A DNA stretch of 64,000 bases from an uncultured Pseudomonadales bacterium (GTDB taxonomy: Bacteria > Patescibacteriota > Microgenomatia > UBA1400 > CAYNMC01): positions 35,211-99,210 of the forward strand of contig CAYPXO010000002.1 of NCBI GenBank assembly GCA_964414895.1. The letters are read 5' to 3'. Numbering within the stretch: position 1 is the first letter of the stretch; each line of letters starts with the position of its first letter. Position numbers and translations under genes: made by a program. The notes under the pieces are model-generated. The model had not been told where the DNA came from. It saw only the letters and a program-made list of their open reading frames with translations, and searched no databases. Shown one piece after another: positions 27,851 to 37,965 of this stretch.

Positions 27851-28406
27851 AAAATTCACAACTCTTTCCTCTTAAAAATTTTTCACTATTAAGCCTTCTG
27901 TCTAAAATGCTCTCAATATGCCTCTCTAGAGTAGACAAGTCTTGCTTTGCTGGTAAACCAAAACCTAAATGAGTCAAAAGAGACTTTTGAAAGTCAATAA
28001 TCTCAGTTCCTCCAAATTTCCTTCTTTCATTTATTCTTCTTAAGGAATTGACTAAAAGCTTGTAAATAAAAAGGCTCTCCTGGTTTTCTGCGGTTAAACA
28101 GTTAATCAATTCCACTAGATAATAAGCTGTCCTTACAAGAGAAAAATTCTTACGCAAATAAGGAAAATCTTCAAGTAGTTTTGTTTCTGTTACTAAACTC
28201 AGGCTTTTTCCTTTAACTAAAAAAAGTGAGGCTTGATTAAAAAGCTCAAGCGAAGGAGCCCGTCTGGAGTTTATTTTACGAATTCCCTTAGCAAGACAAC
28301 AAACTTTGCCTCTTTGCTTACTAAAGACTGTTAAAATCTTGTCTGTTTCTCCATAGTTTATTCTTTTTAAAATAATTGCCTCTATTCTGTAAGTTCCAGC
28401 CATCAC
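27840..28406 (-). CDS. recO: RecO-like recombination mediator (short form)
   Basis: N-terminal OB-fold pattern YRIEAIILKRINYGETDKILTVFSKQRGKV...AKGIRK. Confidence 0.5.
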   Translation of the reverse strand: MMAGTYRIEAIILKRINYGETDKILTVFSKQRGKVCCLAKGIRKINSRRAPSLELFNQASLFLVKGKSLSLVTETKLLEDFPYLRKNFSLVRTAYYLVELINCLTAENQESLFIYKLLVNSLRRINERRKFGGTEIIDFQKSLLTHLGFGLPAKQDLSTLERHIESILDRRLNSEKFLRGKSCEFYNK

Positions 28407-30373
28407 TCCACTTTCATTTTTACCTCTTTATCTGCCATCAAATCAAATTCTTCCTCTTTTCCTCCCGCTTTTATCTTGTAGCGCGAATCCTTTGTTCCTG
28501 GCTGCTTTTGAATCAAAAGTCGATACTCGTCCTCAATTTTTACACTCTCCGGTAACTCATAGCGCAAAACTACCTTGGCTCTGCCGCCACCGCCGCGAAG
28601 AGTAAAAAACCCTTCAAAAAAAGTCTTTCCTAATTCTTCTCCTTGACCAAATTCTTCCTCTGAACCTAAACCTTCAATCAACTTACTCCCCTTGGGTACA
28701 TAGACCCGTAAGTAATCCCTTAAAACTCCATTAAGACAAAGGCCCTCTTTTCTCTCCAAGCTACAATCACTCATTGGTGTTGGATTACTGTAAGTTAGAG
28801 TCAAAGTGCTTAACAAACGACCATCATCTCCAACAGAAACTTCCTTTTCTACCTCTTGTTCAACAAAAAGATTAGACTTTGCTCCCCCAAAATTAGAGTC
28901 GTTAACATGAAGGTAATCGCCATCATAATCTTTAATTCGGCCGGCAGCACCAAAAATCTCGGCCGCTTCTTGAGCCTCCTCATCAAGTAAATAAAAAAGA
29001 ATATGTTTCTGTTTAATATTCTCAATAACTGTTTTAAAAAGATTTGGCCAAACATTTTTTGGAGTTCCCATTGCTTTTAAAATCATCTCCTGCATCATCG
29101 GTCCCAAAACATCTTTGCGGGCTACTTTCACTCCAGGAATAGGAACATCGGCAATATGTTCCAACTCACAAATAATCTGAGGAATATCAAAACACCTTTC
29201 ATCCGGTTCCAAGTTAAACTCACCATAGCCAGGAACATCAATCGGCCCCAAAATCTCTACCAAATCTTTTAAAACTTCTGTATCCATAGCAATTATGCCA
29301 TCCACCTCTGGCTCTCCCTTTATCTTTTGGTAATTAGGTAAAAAAGTTTCCATTGAAAGGCGAAAATCAGGCCAAAAATTCATGTCACGAAGGTAAAAAT
29401 AAGGAACAATGCCCGTGTTTAGATCTGCACTAAGAAGATATTTAGCAATCGGCTCAGGTGGCTCAAGCCGACTATTAAACTTTTTGTCCAGAGAATAAAT
29501 ATCATCACTCTTCTCCGCCCTTATTCTTCCGGATTCTGCTCTTAAAACTCCATATGCTGTCATAAAACCACCGGTCGCCCGCAACTCACCATCATTTTGA
29601 AAAAGAGCTAAATATCTTTTGGTGTCCGGATAGCCCAAAACTGAAGGTAAAACTTCCAAAACTGGCCGAGCGTCCGTTAAGGCCAAAGTAGCATCATGTA
29701 ATAATTCTTTCGCCTCAACAATCTTCTCACGAATAATAATTCCCTTTATTTGACTTGGGTAGCGATTGGGGTTCACTTCATTTAGCTGTTTATCCATCTC
29801 TTCCATTTTCTCCCCAATCTCTTCAAATTTGGGGCTAATTTTAGATAAAGTTTCTACCATTTTGGCTATTCTGTCTTCTGCTGTTCCCCCGGTAAAACTC
29901 CCCTTGCCTTTAAATCCCAAAATATCAGCATAGGGAGTAATTGCCTTTATTAAACTTTGTCCTGCTTCTAAACCAATCTCTCCTGCCTGTAAAAAATGCT
30001 CACCGTCTTTATAATAAACTCCTAAAAGGGGAATATATTTCGACCAAAAAAAACGTTTATAAAGAGATTTTGTTTTTGCCAAACTCTGTTGCGTCTGCAT
30101 TATCTGCTCTTCGGCAGCCGTTAAATCTTGAACTTTTAATAAGTTATAGAGCTCTCTTGCTGTAGCATAAGTTTCCTTACCGCTAAGCAAAAGAGGTTTA
30201 ACTAAAACCATAAAACCAATACTGGCAATCAAGAAAAGCAAAACTAAGCCTAATCCTAAAAAAGCAAAAATTTTGATTATTTTCTTTTTTCTGCCCACTT
30301 TTTTAATCTCCACAGTATCTTCAAGTTTTTCTTCTTTTTGCTGAGCAAAATTTATTCTATTTATTTCTACCAT
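28403..30373 (-). CDS. Large membrane-anchored extracytoplasmic protein (DUF4012-like)
   Basis: N-terminal TM then a 600-aa soluble region with RYLALFQNDGELRATGGFMTAYGVL and GIIAMDTEVL segments; sits at the head of the glycan island. Confidence 0.35.
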   Translation of the reverse strand: MVEINRINFAQQKEEKLEDTVEIKKVGRKKKIIKIFAFLGLGLVLLFLIASIGFMVLVKPLLLSGKETYATARELYNLLKVQDLTAAEEQIMQTQQSLAKTKSLYKRFFWSKYIPLLGVYYKDGEHFLQAGEIGLEAGQSLIKAITPYADILGFKGKGSFTGGTAEDRIAKMVETLSKISPKFEEIGEKMEEMDKQLNEVNPNRYPSQIKGIIIREKIVEAKELLHDATLALTDARPVLEVLPSVLGYPDTKRYLALFQNDGELRATGGFMTAYGVLRAESGRIRAEKSDDIYSLDKKFNSRLEPPEPIAKYLLSADLNTGIVPYFYLRDMNFWPDFRLSMETFLPNYQKIKGEPEVDGIIAMDTEVLKDLVEILGPIDVPGYGEFNLEPDERCFDIPQIICELEHIADVPIPGVKVARKDVLGPMMQEMILKAMGTPKNVWPNLFKTVIENIKQKHILFYLLDEEAQEAAEIFGAAGRIKDYDGDYLHVNDSNFGGAKSNLFVEQEVEKEVSVGDDGRLLSTLTLTYSNPTPMSDCSLERKEGLCLNGVLRDYLRVYVPKGSKLIEGLGSEEEFGQGEELGKTFFEGFFTLRGGGGRAKVVLRYELPESVKIEDEYRLLIQKQPGTKDSRYKIKAGGKEEEFDLMADKEVKMKVE

Positions 30374-30996
30374 TTACTTATCATTGCTCTTGGCGTCTTC
30401 ACGACAATCAGCAAATCCTTCCAAAAATTATAATCTTTAGCATAACTAGCATCCATTCTAACACGTTTAACAAAAGGAATCTCATTCCTTCCTGAGGTCT
30501 GCCAAGGACCGGTAATCCCCGGCTTAACTTTAAGAATCTGGCTGACTAATTTTTTAGTTTTGGGGTGTTTCCTAGTTTGTTCCCTTATTTCTTCTTGCAC
30601 ATAGGCCCGCGGCCCAACAATACTCATTTCTCCTTTTAAAACATTTAAGATTTGAGGAAATTCATCAATGGTTAAATTACGAAGTAAACGACCCAATCTA
30701 GTAATCCGTGGATCTTTTTCTAATTTCCAATCACTATCTTTAAATTTCCTAAAAAGCTTCTTCTTTTTACGAAGGATTTCATCAGCATTGGCTACCATTG
30801 TTCTAAATTTAAACATCGCAAACTCTTTTCCCTTTTTTCCCACTCTCTTATGAGAGTAAAACACCGATCCGGGAGAATCAATAACAATCAAGAAAGGAAT
30901 TATTACCCAAATCGGCAAAAATAAAACCGCCAAAAAAATACTCAAAACAATATCTATTAAACGCTTTATGAAATCGTAACTAAAAAAGGTAATCAT
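30367..30996 (-). CDS. Small initiating phosphoglycosyl transferase (bacterial sugar transferase, WbaP/PglC-like)
   Basis: KRLIDIVLS...KFRTM...DEFPQILNVLKGEMSIVGPRA...KPGITGPWQ motifs. Confidence 0.85.
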   Translation of the reverse strand: MITFFSYDFIKRLIDIVLSIFLAVLFLPIWVIIPFLIVIDSPGSVFYSHKRVGKKGKEFAMFKFRTMVANADEILRKKKKLFRKFKDSDWKLEKDPRITRLGRLLRNLTIDEFPQILNVLKGEMSIVGPRAYVQEEIREQTRKHPKTKKLVSQILKVKPGITGPWQTSGRNEIPFVKRVRMDASYAKDYNFWKDLLIVVKTPRAMISKW

Positions 30997-32098
30997 GTGT
31001 ACTTTTTGTATTTCTTACTTTTCCCGAAAGAATTAACCAATTCTTTTATCGCCGGCATTGCCTCCTGTTGACAGACAAGAATAACATCTTTTGTAACTAC
31101 TATCGCCAAATCTTTAACTCCCACGGCAGCTACCAATTGAGAACTATAATTATATGCCAGGTTATTTTCCGATTTATAAAGGAAACTCTTGCCGAAAACA
31201 ACATTGTCCTTTTCTTCTTTTTGTAAAGCTTCCTTCAAAGCCTGCCAAGTGCCTACATCACTCCAGCCCATATCAACAACAATCACCTTTCCTTTCTCCG
31301 GTTCCAACTTCTCCAAAATAGCTTCATCAAAAGAAATTTTCTTTAAAGTCGGGTAGATTGTCTCTAAAGCTTGAAGATGGCTTTTTTGACCAAAAGAGTC
31401 AGCAAGCTTTGTCAACTTTTTATACATAACTGGCTGAAAACGTTTATATTGCTCAAGTACAAAAGAGGGCTTTACTACCCAATACCCGGGATTCCAATAG
31501 TATTTTTTGCTTTGGAAAAACTTCTCTGCTTTTTCAAGACTCGGGCGGTATTTTATACCTTTAAAAGCAAAAAGAGGTAAGCCTTTCAATTTTGTTTCAC
31601 ATCTTGCTACCTGGATCCATCCTAAATTTTGATTAGCAAAACGGGCTTTTTCCCCTATAAACAAAAATATTTTGGGATTTTTTCTAATAAACTCTTCTCC
31701 CGCCTTCAAAACTTTTTTAAAGGTAGCCAAATTTTTACGAATATGGTCACTCCAAAGAATTACTGTTGGCTCGTCTCCTGCCTTTGTTAAAATAGACATT
31801 AAATAGCCAACCGCTGGCGCCACATCTCTTCTTGCCGGTTCACCAATAACATTTTGAGAAGGAATATTGGGAAGTTGGCGACGAATTATCCCAACATATT
31901 TTTTGTTGGTAGAAATAAAAATATCTTTTGGGGAAAATTCCGGTCTTAGATGTTTAACTGTTAATTGGATTGTAGACTGGCCGTTGATAATCTTTTCAAA
32001 CTGCTTAGGAAAATTAACTCGGCTTACCGGCCACATTCTTGTTCCTACTCCGCCGGCAAAAATTACTGCCTTGGCAGCTTTAGAGATAATTTTGGCTT

Positions 32099-32102
<4 letters not shown>
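30993..32102 (-). CDS. manC: Mannose-1-phosphate guanylyltransferase-like nucleotidyltransferase
   Basis: VIFAGGVGTRMWPVSR...PKQF N-terminus. Confidence 0.65.
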
Positions 32103-33200
<1,098 letters not shown>

Positions 33201-33223
<23 letters not shown>

Positions 33224-34280
33224 AAACTTCCAGTGTTCTCTCGGCACATTTTCTCCAAGAATACTTCTCAGTTTGCTCTTTTCCCAACTTAATTAATTTC
33301 TCTTTTTCTTTCTTGTTCATCTTTAAAAACTTGTTTATTTTTCTGCTAATATTACCAATATCCTTAGGGTCAAAATAAAAAGCTGCTCTTCCATAAATCT
33401 CTCTAAAAACAGGAATGTTCGAACAAACCACCGGACAACCAAGACTCATCGCCTCCAACCCGGGTAAACCAAAACCTTCCATTAAAGAAGGATTGATAAA
33501 ACAAAGGGCATTTTTATAAAGAGAGACTAATTCTTTGTCCGAAGCCGCCCCATAGAATATAATTTTTTCTTCTAAATTACTCTTTTCCACTGTCTTTTTT
33601 AATCTTTCATAAAAATAATCCTCTGGCCCTACAAATAATAATTTTAAATTTTGAATTTCAATTTTGAATTTGTCATTTTTAATTTTGAATTTATTAAATG
33701 CCTCTATCAACCTCTCTAAATTTTTATGCGGATAAGCATTTCCCACATAAAGTAAGTAGCTGGTAGCTGGTAGCTGGTAGCTGGTAGCTGGCTTTCTCTT
33801 CTTGAACTTTGAATCAACTCCTTCATAAATAACAACTATTTTCTCTGGGCTAACTTTCAAACATCTAACAATCTCTTTCTTAGTTGTCTTAGAAACAGCA
33901 ATAATCTTCTCTGCCTTTCTTGCTCCAATAAAAAGAAGCATTTTATAACAAAAATGTTTTATTTTATAAAACAAGCCCGGAAGACTGCTTGCCCTTCCGG
34001 TTTTAAAACGCCAAGGAATCAAATCATGAATAGTAAGAACAAACTTGCCTGGATAAAAAAGAGGAAAAGAAAAATAAGTAAAGTGAACTAAATTAAAATT
34101 TTTTTTTAGCAACCAAAAAGGAAAGCAGACTTGCTCGGCCAAAGAATGCCAGCGAAATTTTGGCTTAATAAGAATATATTCGTTCCTCTTATTAAACCTC
34201 TTTAATTGATTAAAGAGGTTTTTGGCATATCTTCCAACACCGGTTTGATCTATTAAACGACCATCGATTGCAACTTTCAT
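33201..34280 (-). CDS. Glycosyltransferase family 4 (GT-B); carries an in-frame (TAGCTGG)5 array
   Basis: MKVAIDGRLIDQTGVGRY...EGFGLPGLEAMSLGCPVV; the upstream ORF extension to 34349 is a translation of a GC hairpin island. Confidence 0.7.
33757..33791. repeat. Heptanucleotide tandem array (TAGCTGG)x5 inside a GT4 gene
   Basis: tagctggtagctggtagctggtagctggtagctgg; encodes PATSYQLPATSY. Confidence 0.8.
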
Positions 34281-34286
34281 AAAAAT

Positions 34287-34345
34287 ACCGGGCGGGTCAC
34301 GACCCGCCCCTACTGTAGGGGCGGCCGGTCGGGGGCCCGGCAACA
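34287..34345. repeat. GC-rich tandem hairpin island
   Basis: GGGCGGGTCacGACCCGCCC (9-bp stem), GCCCCTActgTAGGGGC (7-bp stem), GGCCGGTCGGGGGCCCGG. Confidence 0.6.
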
Positions 34346-34350
34346 ACACG

Positions 34351-35250
34351 TTATTCTCTAAACCTGCTTACCAACCATATTCCTGCAAAAACTAACTTCC
34401 GAACTACCCAAGGATATTTCTCACTGTAATGCTTCTTATAAAAAACTTTCATTGTTTTGTAAAAATTTCGTTTTGTTGACATTCTTATTTCTTCTGTCAA
34501 ATCTTTATTTTTTTTCTTATCGGGTAATTTTTCTCTTCCTGATTTTCTCTTCGAATGAATAATTTTTGTTTTCGGGTAATAAAAGATTCTAAAACCCAAC
34601 TTTTTAATCCGGTAACACCAATCAATGTCTTCTCCATAGATAAAAAATCTCTCATCTAAAAACCCTACTTTATCAATTATTGATTTTCTTATCATGAAAA
34701 AAGCACCACTACAAACATCAATTTGATGAGCTTTATCTAAATCCTTCCAGCCTTGGTGATAACCGGCAAAAAACCTTAAACTAGGGAAAAGCCTCTCTAA
34801 ACCTAAAAAATAACAAAAAGCGTTCCAGGGAGTCGGAAAACCGCGATGAGAAGCAGGGTCAATTTTGCCATTTGGCAACTCCACTCTGCAAGTAGCCCCG
34901 TCGGCTTTTGGATGATCTCCCATAAATTTGATCATTTTGCTCAAAGTTTCAGGAAAAACTTTTGTATCTGAATTAAGTAGTAAAACCAGTTCTCCCTTCA
35001 CTTTTAAAATTCCCTGGTTGTTGGCAGCGGCAAAACCAAAATTTTTCTTATTAACAATCAACTTCACCCATTTAAACTTACTTTTAATCAGCTGTACGGT
35101 TCCATCCTGCGAATGATTATCAACTACTATTGTCTCCACCCGAAAGCCCTCTTTCTCACAAACCTCAACTGCCTTCTTTAAAGAATCTAAAAGATTAATT
35201 AGTAAATCCTTGGTATTAAAACTGACAATGATAATAGAAAGATCAATCAT
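34351..35250 (-). CDS. Glycosyltransferase family 2
   Basis: SIIIVSFNTKDLL...VVDNHSQDGT DXD-type N-terminus. Confidence 0.8.
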   Translation of the reverse strand: MIDLSIIIVSFNTKDLLINLLDSLKKAVEVCEKEGFRVETIVVDNHSQDGTVQLIKSKFKWVKLIVNKKNFGFAAANNQGILKVKGELVLLLNSDTKVFPETLSKMIKFMGDHPKADGATCRVELPNGKIDPASHRGFPTPWNAFCYFLGLERLFPSLRFFAGYHQGWKDLDKAHQIDVCSGAFFMIRKSIIDKVGFLDERFFIYGEDIDWCYRIKKLGFRIFYYPKTKIIHSKRKSGREKLPDKKKNKDLTEEIRMSTKRNFYKTMKVFYKKHYSEKYPWVVRKLVFAGIWLVSRFRE

Positions 35251-36431
35251 TTTTCTCCTAACTCCTGATAAATCTTGTCCAAATGGGAAGAAATAATCTC
35301 CCAGTTATACTTCTCTTGAACCAGCTTTTTTGCTTTTTTGGCAATCTTCCTTCCTAACAAAGGAGAAGATAATAACCTCAAAGCTTGCTTGGCTAATCTT
35401 TCAGCACTTTTAGCAATTAAAACTTCTTTTTCATTAACAACATCTATACCCTCAATACCAAGAGGGGTGGTAACAACAGGTAAACCAGTCGCCATTGCTT
35501 CCAAAACTTTATATTTTGTCCCCCGACCATTTCTAATAGGAGCTAACAAAACCGAAGCACCGCCAAAAGCTTCCCTTATATCCTCAAGGCTCTCGTCAAC
35601 TTTAATATCCGGTCCGGAGAGTGACTTTATCTCTTTGGTAGGATTTTTGCCTACAATCCAAAGTTGAGCATGAGATAGTTTTCTCTTAATCAACGGCCAA
35701 ATTTTCCGAGCTAAAAAACAGGCAGCATCTTTATTTGGCAACCATTTAAAGTTACCAACAAAAAGGACAGCTGGTTTACTTGGTTTTTTTACCTTCGTGG
35801 CATTAAAAAAATCGCTATCAACCCCGTTGGCAACAACATCTACTTTCACTCCCTTTAATGTTTTTTCAACAATTTTTTTATCTTCAACGGACATTGTTGC
35901 CAAACGAGCCGCTTTTTTCCAATAATGTTTTTCCCAAAACTGAATTTTCAAAACATCGAGAAAAAGTAAAGGCTTGAGAGGCCAAAATTTAAAATTGTGC
36001 ACAAAATTCTCATAAACCAAAGACTCAATCGTTTGCTCAACCAAAAGAATGGGCAAATTGGTTTCCGGCAAATTAGGCATTACATAAAAAGTTTCTGCAT
36101 GAATAAGGTCGTAATTATTCCTTGCCAGCTCCTTCTTAATAAGGCCCTTTAATGACAAAGAAAGATAGATTGCTACCAAAAACGGGTAAGGAGTAAAACC
36201 AGCCAAAGCGAGGTTTTTCCAACTCCAGGCTCGCCTCCTTTGGATAACTTCAACCTTCTTACAATACCTAAGAAGTTCCTTTATATGTTTTTTCTCCTTC
36301 TCTTCCCTAATAAAGGAAAACAAAGTTATCTCATGCTTTAAGCTTAAATTTTTCAAAAGATTGTAAGTCCGAATTTGCCCACCAGAAAGCAAAGGATAAG
36401 GGAAATAAGGGGTAAGCATTAGAATTTTCAA
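35247..36431 (-). CDS. Glycosyltransferase family 4
   Basis: MKILMLTPYFPYPLLSGGQIRTYNL...EGIDVVNEKE... Confidence 0.75.
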   Translation of the reverse strand: MKILMLTPYFPYPLLSGGQIRTYNLLKNLSLKHEITLFSFIREEKEKKHIKELLRYCKKVEVIQRRRAWSWKNLALAGFTPYPFLVAIYLSLSLKGLIKKELARNNYDLIHAETFYVMPNLPETNLPILLVEQTIESLVYENFVHNFKFWPLKPLLFLDVLKIQFWEKHYWKKAARLATMSVEDKKIVEKTLKGVKVDVVANGVDSDFFNATKVKKPSKPAVLFVGNFKWLPNKDAACFLARKIWPLIKRKLSHAQLWIVGKNPTKEIKSLSGPDIKVDESLEDIREAFGGASVLLAPIRNGRGTKYKVLEAMATGLPVVTTPLGIEGIDVVNEKEVLIAKSAERLAKQALRLLSSPLLGRKIAKKAKKLVQEKYNWEIISSHLDKIYQELGEK

Positions 36432-36504
36432 GTCTCGAATGTCAAGTGTTAAGTGTCAAAGTAAGTTCTTTACTGACACTGCCCCTTGAACAAAAATAAC
36501 AAAG

Positions 36505-37965
36505 TTATCTAAAATCACATCTTCGAAGGTCAACAATTGCAAAACTCTCCTGTTCTTCCAATAATAAGCATTGCTTCTTCAAATCTTTCAGCTCCTGATC
36601 CTTCTTAACCGTTACATAAAAACTTGCTCCTTTTTTTATCCTATCTTCAATATTGCCTCCAATCGGCCAGCCTTTTCTTTCGGTTTGATATAAAAAGGCT
36701 GTGTCTCCTCCATAAGGAGCAATTACCTTATCTTCCTCCTGGCTTAGCTTTTTTACTTGTTGGCCGGCAGCCACTATTTCCGGATGATTAATATTAAAAA
36801 AGTCTCTTACTTGATACCAACCAAAAGACTCCATAAACAAAAAGCAGCCAGCAGCCAGCAGCCAGCAGCCAAGGGAACTGAATATCTTTCGTGCTTCCTT
36901 TAACAAAAATAAAACCCCTCGAGCCAGAAAAATACAAACAACTGGAATGATTAAAATCTGATAATAGTCGTGGCGAACATTGCCAGTAGCTACTACTGCT
37001 AAATAAGCCAAACAGCTCAAAAACCAAAAATGAAAAAGGTAGCTTGACTTCTGGGAAGCTTTTCTTAAAAGACCAAAAGCCAAAAAAATCACCCCCCAAT
37101 AGCCCAAAATTAATTTAGCAAGCCTTTCGGCAAATAACCAATAAAACCAAGCTCCTTTAAAACGAATCTCATCACCGTTTAAAAGCCACATATTGGCGGG
37201 AATTCCTTCAGGGAACTGCTGAATCCAAAGCCGCCAGACAGCAAAAGGCAACAACCCAATAAATAAATAAATAAATAAGCCAATAAATAAATAAAGTTTT
37301 TTCTTAGATTGAAAAAACTTTTTAATAAAAATATATAAAACCGGTGGCAATATCAAAAAAAGAGCAAACGGTTTAAGAAGTAGAGCAATTATAAAAAAAA
37401 TAGAAGAAAGAAAGAAATTGAAAATTGAAAATTGAAAATTGAAAATTGAATTTGTTCCCTTTATAAAAAAATAAACAGAACCTAAACTCGTTGCTATCAT
37501 CATCGGCTCAGGCAAAATCACTCGGTTGTAATAAATGTTGTAAGGCAGAACTGCATAAAAAAAAGCTGTTATTAAAGCAAGAGGCAAACCAGCAATTTCA
37601 CCAACAATTAAAAAAAGGAAAATTATTGTTCCTAACGAAAAGAAAATTGACAATAATCTTCCTCCCGTCTCAAAACTAACAAATGAAAAAAGCTTGAAAA
37701 AAAGGCTGTGTAAAAAGGCAAAGATGGGAAACTCCACCATCCGGTATCCTTGAGGGTTCTCTTGTCCTGAAGCAATAGTGGATAAATCATCATACTTTGG
37801 TTTTAGAAGGTCAATTTCTTGATTGACAAAATTCCTTGCCACTGCCGCCGTATCTGCTTGACGCCAAGAATGCCAATCGGCCAAAGGAGCAGTTATCCTA
37901 TAAGTCCTTAAAATAAAAGCTAAAACCAAAATCAATAAAAGAAAAGCAAATTCTTTTTTAAACAT
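36505..37965 (-). CDS. GT-C fold membrane glycosyltransferase (GT39/GT83, ArnT/PMT-like) carrying three in-frame repeat arrays
   Basis: N-terminal WRQADTAAVARNF motif region, more than 10 TM helices; contains (GAAAATT)4.5, (CAGCCAG)3.7 and CCAATAAATAAATAA x2. Confidence 0.55.
   Translation of the reverse strand: MFKKEFAFLLLILVLAFILRTYRITAPLADWHSWRQADTAAVARNFVNQEIDLLKPKYDDLSTIASGQENPQGYRMVEFPIFAFLHSLFFKLFSFVSFETGGRLLSIFFSLGTIIFLFLIVGEIAGLPLALITAFFYAVLPYNIYYNRVILPEPMMIATSLGSVYFFIKGTNSIFNFQFSIFNFFLSSIFFIIALLLKPFALFLILPPVLYIFIKKFFQSKKKLYLFIGLFIYLFIGLLPFAVWRLWIQQFPEGIPANMWLLNGDEIRFKGAWFYWLFAERLAKLILGYWGVIFLAFGLLRKASQKSSYLFHFWFLSCLAYLAVVATGNVRHDYYQILIIPVVCIFLARGVLFLLKEARKIFSSLGCWLLAAGCFLFMESFGWYQVRDFFNINHPEIVAAGQQVKKLSQEEDKVIAPYGGDTAFLYQTERKGWPIGGNIEDRIKKGASFYVTVKKDQELKDLKKQCLLLEEQESFAIVDLRRCDFR
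36844..36873. repeat. Heptanucleotide tandem array (CAGCCAG)x3.7
   Basis: cagccagcagccagcagccagcagcc; in frame (WLLAAGCWLL). Confidence 0.75.
37255..37295. repeat. Tandem duplication CCAATAAATAAATAA(ATAAG) x2 with (AAAT)n
   Basis: ccaataaataaataaataagccaataaataaataaag; encodes the duplicated LFIYLFIG. Confidence 0.7.
37414..37453. repeat. Heptanucleotide tandem array (GAAAATT)x4.5
   Basis: gaaattgaaaattgaaaattgaaaattgaaaattgaattt; encodes FNFQFSIFNF in frame. Confidence 0.85.

Noticed and set aside
34281-34349. N-terminal ORF extensions MLLPGPRPAAPTVGAGRDPPGIF (34349), MLAVVLDCSLSGAAGSRFARTIKKV (46011) and MFSTRLPACPSGRQGS (58662)
   Set aside because: These are translations of GC-rich hairpin elements lying upstream of the genes. 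The true starts are probably the next downstream start codons, so they were not annotated as protein sequence.
36794-37099. Same-strand overlapping ORFs inside larger genes (36794, 38323, 48227, 48385, 53050, 57947, 58143, 59212, 60773)
   Set aside because: They are alternative frames of polytopic membrane-protein genes and there is no evidence of independent coding.
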